Assembly: GCA_014360015.1 (NCBI GenBank)
Contig: JACIYJ010000003.1
Coordinates: 140,821 to 204,820 of the forward strand
Length of the DNA: 64,000 nucleotides
Source: Candidatus Aminicenantes bacterium
Lineage (GTDB): Bacteria; Acidobacteriota; Aminicenantia; Aminicenantales; Saccharicenantaceae
Direction of reading: 5' to 3'
This document shows, piece by piece, positions 42,028-49,535 of this stretch. The position numbers and the translations under genes were made by a program. The notes below the pieces were generated by a model, which did no database searches, was not told where the DNA came from, and was given only the letters and a program-made list of their open reading frames with translations. Position 1 is the stretch's first letter, and every line of letters starts with the position of its first letter.

Positions 42028-42498
42028 GTGGAATTAATAGATATAAGGAACAGGCCAAGAATCGCTGTCATCGGCGGAAACAATCCGGATGAAAAATCCA
42101 GGAAGACAGCTTATGAAGTCGGAAAGCTGCTGGCTGAAAAAGGAGCCATCTTGGTTTGCGGCGGTCTGGGTGGGGTAATGGAAGAAGCAGCGCGGGGAGC
42201 CAAAGAAGCCGGTGGTTTGACCATCGGTATTCTTCCGGGAACCAGACCAGATGAAGCCAATCGCTTTATAGACCTGGCCATTGCCACTGGTATAGGTTAC
42301 AACCGGAATTCAATGGTAGTCCTCAACGCCAGCGCAGTGATTGCTATTGATGGAGAATACGGCACGCTAAGCGAAATTGCCTATGCTCGAATTTTCGGCA
42401 AAAAAATCATCGGTCTTAATACCTGGAATATTAAGGGCCTCATCCCGGCCTGGACACCTGAAGAAGCTGTGGAACTGGCCTTATCAGATATTAAGTGA
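42028..42498 (+). CDS. TIGR00725/LOG-like Rossmann-fold nucleotide-binding protein
   Basis: RIAVIGGNNP...VCGGLGGVMEEAARGA...IGILPG...AVIAIDGEYGTLSE has the pattern of the LOG / SLOG (DprA-like) family. It uses a GTG start. Confidence 0.65.
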   Translation: MELIDIRNRPRIAVIGGNNPDEKSRKTAYEVGKLLAEKGAILVCGGLGGVMEEAARGAKEAGGLTIGILPGTRPDEANRFIDLAIATGIGYNRNSMVVLNASAVIAIDGEYGTLSEIAYARIFGKKIIGLNTWNIKGLIPAWTPEEAVELALSDIK

Positions 42499-43325
42499 TG
42501 AACTCGATGGAAGAAACCGGTCTGGAAATAAAGGACCAAACCTCAGAAATAATCGAAGCAGAGGAAATTTATCCTCCAAGTCTTGACCTCCCTAAATTAG
42601 AGAATATCAAACTCCTCATCTCCTATGACGGCACAGATTATCATGGGTGGCAGAGACAGCCGGGCCAGAGAACTATCCAGGGAACGATCGAAGAAGCTCT
42701 GATGAAGATCTTGGGCGAAAAAATCAACCTGCAGGCTGCAGGCCGGACCGATGCCGGAGTTCATGCTCTCGGGCAGGTGGCTAATTTCAGGGCCAGTTGC
42801 CGGCTGACTGACTCTGAGCTTCTTCGAGCTCTCAACGCCATGCTGCCTTCTGATATCCGCATTCTGTCAGTAGAAAGAGTGCCTATGGGCTTTCACGCTC
42901 GAAAGTCAGCTCGCTCTAAAATCTACCGTTACCGGATAAAGATTTCACCGATTATCAGCCCTTTTGATTATCGCTATGTCCTCCATTATCCCTATCCGCT
43001 CGACCTTGAAGCCATGCTTCAAGCTGCTTCACTTTTTGAAAGAGAAGACGATTTTTCAGCCTTCTCCTCTAACAGGTACAGAAACCCGGTGAGAAAAGTC
43101 CTGCGGTCAACTCTGGAAAATACTGGCGATGAGCTCGTCTACACCATAGAAGCCAGCGGATTTCTCCGCTACATGGTCAGGACCATCGTCGGCACGTTGA
43201 TCATGGTCGGGAGGGGCAGGCTAAAGCCCGAAGATATCGATACTTTATTCCAGGGAAAGAAGAGAACGCTTCTAAGCCCCACGGCTCCAGCCAAAGGTCT
43301 CTGTCTGGTTAAAGTTAATTACTGA
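42495..43325 (+). CDS. truA: tRNA pseudouridine(38-40) synthase
   Basis: ISYDGTDYHGWQRQ is followed by the catalytic-Asp region GRTDAGVHALGQV. Confidence 0.9.
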   Translation: MMNSMEETGLEIKDQTSEIIEAEEIYPPSLDLPKLENIKLLISYDGTDYHGWQRQPGQRTIQGTIEEALMKILGEKINLQAAGRTDAGVHALGQVANFRASCRLTDSELLRALNAMLPSDIRILSVERVPMGFHARKSARSKIYRYRIKISPIISPFDYRYVLHYPYPLDLEAMLQAASLFEREDDFSAFSSNRYRNPVRKVLRSTLENTGDELVYTIEASGFLRYMVRTIVGTLIMVGRGRLKPEDIDTLFQGKKRTLLSPTAPAKGLCLVKVNY

Positions 43326-43331
43326 ACCGGC

Positions 43332-43763
43332 TCAATCCAGCATCAAGCCCATCACATAGGCATCTTCTATCGGATTGGTATAGTATTCTTTTCTAACTCC
43401 CAGAATAGAAAAACCGAGTTTGCGGTAAAGGGTTAAGGCTGGCAAATTAGAGACCCTGACTTCAAGTGAGACAAAATGAACTCCATTCTCTCGCAGCCTC
43501 TCGAGCACATAGCGCATCGCCTGCTCTCCAAACCCCTGGCCCTGATAATCAGGATGGATGGCTACGTTGTTAATTTGAGCTTCATCGCCTATCTGCCAGA
43601 AAATCACATAACCGATGATTTTTTTATCTTCCGGGTGGATCACCACTAAAGGGAAAGAAATAGCTTTGTTCTGAATCTCGCCGCGGAAGGTGTCTTCACT
43701 CCAGGGATTGGAAAAACAGAGTCGCTCTATGGTGAGGACCTCGGGCAGATCCTCTTCCCTCAT
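43332..43763 (-). CDS. rimI: Ribosomal-protein-alanine N-acetyltransferase (GNAT)
   Basis: The GNAT motifs A/B are present (QGQGFGEQAMRYVLERL). The protein is 143 aa and lies immediately downstream of tsaB, as in many genomes. Confidence 0.8.
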   Translation of the reverse strand: MREEDLPEVLTIERLCFSNPWSEDTFRGEIQNKAISFPLVVIHPEDKKIIGYVIFWQIGDEAQINNVAIHPDYQGQGFGEQAMRYVLERLRENGVHFVSLEVRVSNLPALTLYRKLGFSILGVRKEYYTNPIEDAYVMGLMLD

Positions 43764-43788
43764 CCTTCTAATGAAAATCGGACTTTTA

Positions 43789-44481
43789 TTATTTTTTTTC
43801 AGGTTTCTTCTCCTCAGCCTGAGATTTCCGGTAATAGATTGGCTCGAGCTGAGCCGGGCTTAAGCCCTGCCCTTTTTCCAGAAGCTTTTCGCCCAGCTTC
43901 CCGACTTCTGCGGCTATATAATAGCTTCTTTCAATAACCTTAGCTCTCTGGCCCAATTTCTCCTTAATCAGCGGCCAGTAAAGGTCGACTCCGGTTCCGA
44001 TCAGATGAACCGAAGAATTAGCGGGCAGAAGCTCAAGATAAGTTTCAGGATTATAAGCAGCCGGAAGAATAATCTCTTTTAGCTCGGACTCCATCACTTT
44101 ATAAGCACAGGCAAAGATTTCTCCCTTGCGGGCATCGACCATCGGAGAGATTAACTCCACTCCAGGCAGGATGAGTTTTTGAGCCAGGGCCTGAAGCGAG
44201 GAGACTGGAGCTACCGGTTTTTTAGAGGCCAGAGCCAGAGCCTTCACCAGGCTAAGGCCGATTCTTATTCCAGTAAAAGAACCTGGACCGGCAACCACGG
44301 CCAGACCATCAAGATCATTGAATTTTTTCCCGGAAATCTTAAGGACTTCATCCACAGCCAGGAAGACCTGGCGTGAATGGGAAGATGGCGAAGCGTAATT
44401 AACCTCAGCTATGAGTTCTCCTTCAGAGACCATAGCTACAGAGCCGAAGCGGGTTGTGGTGTCAATGGCCAGAATCAACAT
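43789..44481 (-). CDS. tsaB: tRNA threonylcarbamoyladenosine biosynthesis protein TsaB
   Basis: MLILAIDTTTRFGSVAM is the YeaZ/TsaB N-terminus and the protein has an ASKH fold. The C-terminal tail KSQAEEKKPEKK is lysine-rich. Confidence 0.85.
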   Translation of the reverse strand: MLILAIDTTTRFGSVAMVSEGELIAEVNYASPSSHSRQVFLAVDEVLKISGKKFNDLDGLAVVAGPGSFTGIRIGLSLVKALALASKKPVAPVSSLQALAQKLILPGVELISPMVDARKGEIFACAYKVMESELKEIILPAAYNPETYLELLPANSSVHLIGTGVDLYWPLIKEKLGQRAKVIERSYYIAAEVGKLGEKLLEKGQGLSPAQLEPIYYRKSQAEEKKPEKK

Positions 44482-44521
44482 CTTTTTAATGTTCTAAATT
44501 TTCTCTCAGACTTCTTGCTGT

Positions 44522-45637
44522 TTAAAGTTTTGAAGCCACAGCTTCAGCAACTTCCAGAGTCTTGGCTGAGCCGCCCATGTCATAAGTCCTAACCTTTCCT
44601 TCCTTGATGACTTCAGCTATCGCCTGCTCCAGAGTGTTGGCTTTATCAGTTTCGCCCAGCCAGTCGAGCATCATCTTTGCTGCCAGCAGAGTGGCGATCG
44701 GATTGACTTTATACATGCCGGCGTATTTTGGTGCAGAACCGTGAGTTGGCTCAAAGACTGCGTACTTATCACCGATGTTGCCGGCGCAGGCAAAGCCCAG
44801 GCCACCAACCAGCTGAGCGGCCAGGTCAGAAATGATATCACCAAAGAGATTCTCAGCTACCAGAACATCATAATCCTGGGGATTCTTGACCAGCCACATA
44901 CACATGGCATCGACATTAGCTTCGATGAACTTAATATCCGGATATTCAGCCGCCACCTTCCGGGCTACATTGAGCATCAAACCTCCAGTCTCACGCAGAA
45001 CGTTTGGCTTTTCCACCAGAGTTACCGACTTCCTTTTGTACTTTCGAGCATACTCGAAGGCAGCCCTAACGATTCGTTCACAACCTTTTTTAGTCATTAT
45101 TCTGGTGGAGACTGCTATTTCATTGGCAGGCACATCTTTGAAATCTTTCATCTTGGGGTGAAGCATTAGAGCTTCCCTGACCTGGTCTGGTAAAGGATAG
45201 AACTCAACTCCGGCATAACTGCCTTCAGTGTTTTCTCTAAAAATAACCAGGTCGATGTTATCGCGGTAGTTAAGGGGATTCCCAGGATAAGCTTTGCAGG
45301 GTCTGAGATTGATGTAAAGGTCGAATAACTGTCTGAGTTTAACGATAGGGCTGACATAGGAAAGTCCTTTATCCTGCAGCTCTGGGGCTAATTCCTTAGC
45401 TGCATCTTCTTTGGGCTTGGAAGTAATGGCTCCAAAAAGACAGGCATCGGTCTCTTTAAGAAGCTTGATCGTTCTTTCAGGCAAGGCATTACCTTCTTTG
45501 CACCAGAATTCCCAACCGATATCGCCGTAAAAATAGTCGGCGTCCAGGTTAAGCCGCTTAAGGACAATCATCGCCGCTTCGATGACTTCCTGGCCGATGC
45601 CATCACCGGGCAAAATAGCAATACGATACTTAGCCAT
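44522..45637 (-). CDS. Isocitrate/isopropylmalate dehydrogenase-family NAD(P)-dependent beta-decarboxylating dehydrogenase
   Basis: RIAILPGDGIGQEV, NLFGDI(I/L)SD and HGSAP are present. AAGGAGTG lies 6 nt upstream of the ATG at 45637. Confidence 0.8.
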   Translation of the reverse strand: MAKYRIAILPGDGIGQEVIEAAMIVLKRLNLDADYFYGDIGWEFWCKEGNALPERTIKLLKETDACLFGAITSKPKEDAAKELAPELQDKGLSYVSPIVKLRQLFDLYINLRPCKAYPGNPLNYRDNIDLVIFRENTEGSYAGVEFYPLPDQVREALMLHPKMKDFKDVPANEIAVSTRIMTKKGCERIVRAAFEYARKYKRKSVTLVEKPNVLRETGGLMLNVARKVAAEYPDIKFIEANVDAMCMWLVKNPQDYDVLVAENLFGDIISDLAAQLVGGLGFACAGNIGDKYAVFEPTHGSAPKYAGMYKVNPIATLLAAKMMLDWLGETDKANTLEQAIAEVIKEGKVRTYDMGGSAKTLEVAEAVASKL

Positions 45638-45793
45638 AGTTAACACTCCTTGGGTTTAATGATTTTTTGAGGTTTTATTATGCTTGAAAATTCGTCCTTA
45701 AGTCAATGATTTTGCGGCCTCTGAGTTTTTGCTTGAAAAGCTATGACCCACAACTGATATTATTTCTAAGCTTTATCGCTCAATTCTCCCAAT

Positions 45794-45819
45794 AAAAAAG
45801 GGCCTGAAATCTCAGGCCC
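45794..45819 (-). terminator. Rho-independent terminator of the ECF-sigma operon (bidirectional hairpin)
   Basis: The hairpin GGGCCTGA-AATC-TCAGGCCC at 45800-45819 is preceded on the plus strand by AAAAAA (45794-45799), which is the U-run for the minus-strand transcript ending at 45853. Confidence 0.6.
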
Positions 45820-45852
45820 CATATTTTCCCTGACAGTTGAAGATTAACATTT

Positions 45853-46239
45853 TCATTCCAGCCAGACTTTGACTGTTTCATCCTCTTCGTTAATCTCTAC
45901 GATGGCCAGAGGCCCCACTTTCTTAAGTTCTGCCAGCAATTCTTCTATATTCAGGGTGCAGCCCATGTTCTTCACTCGAACCTCTTTGTTATCAGCACAG
46001 CGAGCAAAAATCTCAACCAGAGTGATAGGCATGGTAATTTTAACTTTTTCTTTTCCGGTTTTGTTGTCTACCACGAGAACCTTGAACCATTTCACTTCCT
46101 TAGCTGGCTCGATCTTCGGGTTTTCCTGCACGGCCCTTTTGATTACCTGATAATCATCCCGGTCAATGGGATAAGAAAACTCGGCTGTCAGGAAAAGAGC
46201 CATCAGCACCAGAACTGCTATCCAGATGACTTTTTTCAT
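45853..46239 (-). CDS. Secreted small protein with a C-terminal WLE-tail domain (paralogue 1)
   Basis: A signal peptide is followed by an approximately 80-aa C-terminal domain (...KVKITMPITLVEI...LAIVEINEEDETVKVWLE) shared with 46269..47123 and 48541..48954. Confidence 0.6.
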   Translation of the reverse strand: MKKVIWIAVLVLMALFLTAEFSYPIDRDDYQVIKRAVQENPKIEPAKEVKWFKVLVVDNKTGKEKVKITMPITLVEIFARCADNKEVRVKNMGCTLNIEELLAELKKVGPLAIVEINEEDETVKVWLE

Positions 46240-46268
46240 GATATTCCTCCTCCTTTATTTTCAAATTT

Positions 46269-47123
46269 TTATTCAATCCAGATCTCAATGATGTTTCCAT
46301 CTTCTTCTATCCTCACCAACTTTTCCTTAGACTTAGCCAGGTCGCTCAGAATCCGGTTAAGGTCATAGCCTTTCTGCTTAAGGCTGGCCTTTTCTTCTTC
46401 AGGAATAGCCTGAATGGCTAAATCAGCTAAGGATAAAGGAAGGTTTATGGAAACAGTAGGAGTCTTCTTGCCTTTTTCATACATCCTGATTTTAACCAGA
46501 CGGAATGACCCGGATTTTTGCTCTTCTTGAATATCCTTAAGAGCAGCAGGGGAAATCCTCAAAAGGGCGATCTTGGCTCGATCCACCAGTTCCTGGTCTT
46601 TCTCTGTCTCGATGAGCTTCTTCAGGACTGGAACGGCTTTAGAAGCCAGGTTTTTATCTTGAAGGTAGCTCATCTTGAAGGCCGCATAATATCGGATGAC
46701 TCTTGATGGGTGAGAAAGTCTGGTTTCGAGTACCTGACCGAAACTCTTTTCTCCGCTATTAAAAAGAGTAAAGGCTAAATCAATGCTGGTAATTTCTGCT
46801 TCTTCCACCAGAGTCTGCGGCCGGTCGGGTCTCCGCAGAAATTCTTCAAACACTTTCCAGGCTTCTTTTTCTCTGCCCTTTTGCTCCGCCAAACATTTGC
46901 CCTGGTAAAAAAGAGCCTGAGAATAATAACTGCTTTTGGGGTACTGGCTCAGCAATTCATCCAGCTTTTTTTCAGCTTCCACCCATTTCTTATCAAAAAT
47001 CAGGACCTTGGCTTCCTGCAGGAGTTTCTCATCTTCCTTAGCTCCTGACTGAGCCAGAAGCTCGGAATTAGCTCCCAGGAATATGGTTAACAAAAGAATG
47101 AAAAATATGGTCCGGTTTTTCAC
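46269..47123 (-). CDS. Secreted TPR-like protein with a C-terminal WLE-tail domain (paralogue 2)
   Basis: A signal peptide is followed by helical TPR-like repeats (YYSQALFYQGKCLAEQ...), then the shared domain ...PTVSINLPLSLADL...LVRIEEDGNIIEIWIE. Confidence 0.6.
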   Translation of the reverse strand: MKNRTIFFILLLTIFLGANSELLAQSGAKEDEKLLQEAKVLIFDKKWVEAEKKLDELLSQYPKSSYYSQALFYQGKCLAEQKGREKEAWKVFEEFLRRPDRPQTLVEEAEITSIDLAFTLFNSGEKSFGQVLETRLSHPSRVIRYYAAFKMSYLQDKNLASKAVPVLKKLIETEKDQELVDRAKIALLRISPAALKDIQEEQKSGSFRLVKIRMYEKGKKTPTVSINLPLSLADLAIQAIPEEEKASLKQKGYDLNRILSDLAKSKEKLVRIEEDGNIIEIWIE

Positions 47124-47124
47124 T

Positions 47125-47919
47125 TTAAACCTCGCTTTGCTGCAATTCTTTTTTGACCAGATTTATTTTGAGCAGAAGCTGACGTTCTTCAATCATTTCC
47201 CTGACCCTCTCTAATTCTGCTTCTGAAAGGCCTGAGCTCAACTGGGTCAGTTCTAAGAACAGAAGTTCAATCTGGTCGCAGATGGCTTTGGCTTTGAGTA
47301 ATTTGACATCATCGAGCTGGGCATTCAGGTATTTTTTCTCGGTCAGTAATTGCTGAATCTTATCTCTGGTCAGGAAAATTGAGACCTCATCCTGTTTTCT
47401 GGTTTGCAGCAATTCCAGAATCAAATACTGACTGCGGTCAAGATAATCTATGGTTTCCCTTCTGGCCAGAGCTAAGTCCACTTTTTCGATAAAATCTGCA
47501 GGCACACTCACCTTTGACTCCTGACGGGCTGTCAGAAAACTGGGCTTTTGAGGCTTAATGACAAAATAGGTAAAAAAGGCGCCAAGCAGCAAACCAAAGA
47601 TAAGACCTGCGGCCAAGGGTTGCCATCTCCAGCGATAAAACCAGGAATCAACAAGTTTTTTCTGTCTTTCTTCCTCCCTCTTCCAGACTCTATCAGTGAG
47701 AATTGATGGGAGTTTATCCCAGTCTACCGTGCTCATGACTTCCTGGAGCTCAGTCTTAAAATCCTTAGACATTGAGAAAAGTCTTTTTATTTCCTCAACT
47801 TCTTTCTGGCAAGCAGAACAGTGCTTCAAATGCTCAGCCACCTCCTGCGCCCTCGATGGCGCCAGCTCGTTGCTGAGATAAGCCACCAAATCTCTTTTAT
47901 ATTTATGACATCTATTCAC
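47125..47919 (-). CDS. Anti-sigma factor with N-terminal zf-HC2 zinc finger, one TM helix and an extracytoplasmic coiled-coil domain
   Basis: The zf-HC2 motif reads HLKHCSACQKEVEE (H-x3-C-x2-C). The TM helix is LAAGLIFGLLLGAFFTYFVI. The gene overlaps the sigma gene by 4 nt. Confidence 0.75.
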   Translation of the reverse strand: MNRCHKYKRDLVAYLSNELAPSRAQEVAEHLKHCSACQKEVEEIKRLFSMSKDFKTELQEVMSTVDWDKLPSILTDRVWKREEERQKKLVDSWFYRWRWQPLAAGLIFGLLLGAFFTYFVIKPQKPSFLTARQESKVSVPADFIEKVDLALARRETIDYLDRSQYLILELLQTRKQDEVSIFLTRDKIQQLLTEKKYLNAQLDDVKLLKAKAICDQIELLFLELTQLSSGLSEAELERVREMIEERQLLLKINLVKKELQQSEV

Positions 47920-48494
47920 AGACCACCTCCAAGCTGAGGAGCCAGAATTTTCCTCAATTTTTGAATAGCTTTAAAATGCAATGACTTAACTGTTCCCACC
48001 GAAATCTGCAGCCTCTCAGCAATTTCTTCATATTTAAGCTCATCGTAATGATGAAGAATAAAAACCAGCTTCTGTTTTTCCGGAAGTCTGGCCACGGCTT
48101 TGTGGATCATTTCCTTCGGGTTAAACTTAGCCGGGTCATCACTCGGCGATGGCAGGTCAACTCGCCCCAGTTCCAGAACATCGAGGTTGTCTTTTTTTCT
48201 GGACTTCTGTCTTCTCAGAAAATCTATGCTGAGATTTCTGGCAATCTGCATCAACCAGGCGGTGAAATTTTCCTTAGGACGATAAGTTTGGATTTTTTCG
48301 TAAAGTCTCATAAAAGTCTCTTGAACCAGGTCCAGAGCATCTTCCCTGTTCCTGACCATAGAATAGGCCAGGATGAAAACTTTCTGCTGATAACCTTCGA
48401 CAATCTTCATGAAAGCTTCTTTATCTCCCTGTTTGATTCTCTCAACCAGGAATTCCACCTCAATTTCACTGATGCAGCCATTTCTCTGTTCCAT
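47916..48494 (-). CDS. RNA polymerase sigma-70 factor, ECF subfamily
   Basis: Region 2 (DALDLVQETFMRLY) and a region 4 HTH (ELKYEEIAERLQISVGTVKSLHFKAIQKLR) are present in a 192-aa protein. Confidence 0.85.
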   Translation of the reverse strand: MEQRNGCISEIEVEFLVERIKQGDKEAFMKIVEGYQQKVFILAYSMVRNREDALDLVQETFMRLYEKIQTYRPKENFTAWLMQIARNLSIDFLRRQKSRKKDNLDVLELGRVDLPSPSDDPAKFNPKEMIHKAVARLPEKQKLVFILHHYDELKYEEIAERLQISVGTVKSLHFKAIQKLRKILAPQLGGGL

Positions 48495-48540
48495 TCCGAA
48501 ACTCTGTCCTCGGTCTCAGTCCTTTGTTCTTAGTATACAT

Positions 48541-48954
48541 TCATTCCAACCACAAGAGTATTTTTTCTTCTTCACTCCAGACTTCAGCCAGAAGTCCTCT
48601 GGGTAATCTGGAAATAGCCTGGAAAAAGGCTCGGGTATCGAAATCGTAATCCAGTTTCTTAGCCCGGGGATATTCGGAGTCTTCGATGGCTTCCCTCAGG
48701 CCTTTTTTAGCCAGCCAAAGAGGCAGGGATATTCTGACCAGTTGTTCTTTGTCCGGCTCATAGACAAGCATAACCAGGCGATGCGGTCTTCTGAGATGAG
48801 AAGAGCGGTTGGACAGCCTGGCGATTCTTTCTTTAGCCTGCTGGAAATGAATTTCGGCCTTGTGGGAATCGGTTTCTACAGCCACCACTAAGCAGGAAGA
48901 GAGAGTTATCAGAATAAGTCCAATAACTGCCGCCAGCTTTATCTGGTAAACCAT
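48541..48954 (-). CDS. Putative lipoprotein with a C-terminal WLE-tail domain (paralogue 3)
   Basis: GAGGAG lies 6 nt upstream of the ATG at 48954. The signal peptide carries an L-S-S-C lipobox. The shared domain reads ...LVRISLPLWLAKK...LLAEVWSEEEKILLWLE. The longer TTG-initiated ORF-track version (to 48981) is rejected. Confidence 0.6.
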   Translation of the reverse strand: MVYQIKLAAVIGLILITLSSCLVVAVETDSHKAEIHFQQAKERIARLSNRSSHLRRPHRLVMLVYEPDKEQLVRISLPLWLAKKGLREAIEDSEYPRAKKLDYDFDTRAFFQAISRLPRGLLAEVWSEEEKILLWLE

Positions 48955-49110
48955 TTTCTTCTCCTCACATTTTATCTCCAATAGAGATAACGGAAGAAAA
49001 GAAAATAAGGTTTACCTGTGAAAAAATAACTTTCCTGACTTTAGCCTTACAGACCAGGGCTGCAGCAATTAATTGGAATTTTGAAAAGAAGGCAGCTCAG
49101 TCAGAATCAA

Positions 49111-49410
49111 TCAATATCTGCGGAAATTTCTTCTCTGCTGAGGGCCAGCTCCGGGACGGCGTTCGCCGCTTTTCTTCTCACTTTTCGGTCTGGCATCGTT
49201 GACGATGATCTTGCGGCCGTCAAATTCGGTCCCGTTGAGTCTGGTTTTAGCTTCCTGAGCCATTTCTTCGGTGGACATTTCCACGAAACCAAAGCCCCGA
49301 CCCTGCAGGATGTTAACTGAGGTAACTTCTCCATACTGAGAAAAGAGATCCTTCAGTTTCTCCTCGGTGGTCTTGTAGTTCAAGTTACCTACATAAAGTT
49401 TTAGAGACAT
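49111..49410 (-). CDS. RRM-type RNA-binding protein (glycine/arginine-rich tail)
   Basis: RNP2 is LYVGNL and RNP1 is RGFGFVEM. The C-terminus is R/G-rich. AGGAGG lies upstream of the ATG at 49410. The ORF-track N-terminal extension to 49518 is hydrophobic nonsense and is rejected. Confidence 0.85.
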   Translation of the reverse strand: MSLKLYVGNLNYKTTEEKLKDLFSQYGEVTSVNILQGRGFGFVEMSTEEMAQEAKTRLNGTEFDGRKIIVNDARPKSEKKSGERRPGAGPQQRRNFRRY

Positions 49411-49535
49411 ACAAAAAACCTCCTTGACCTCTCCAAATCGGCTTTCCCCCTCTTCAGGAAGGAGCAACTCGACTGAAAAGGCAGAAATTATGATGCCATA
49501 GAAAAAAAACAAAATCAAGAAAATTTTAAACTGTT

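Noticed and set aside
49411-49518. N-terminal extension of the RRM protein ORF (MILFFFYGIIISAF...)
   Set aside because: It is a hydrophobic nonsense peptide. The RBS and the conserved RNP2 (LYVGNL) place the start at 49410.
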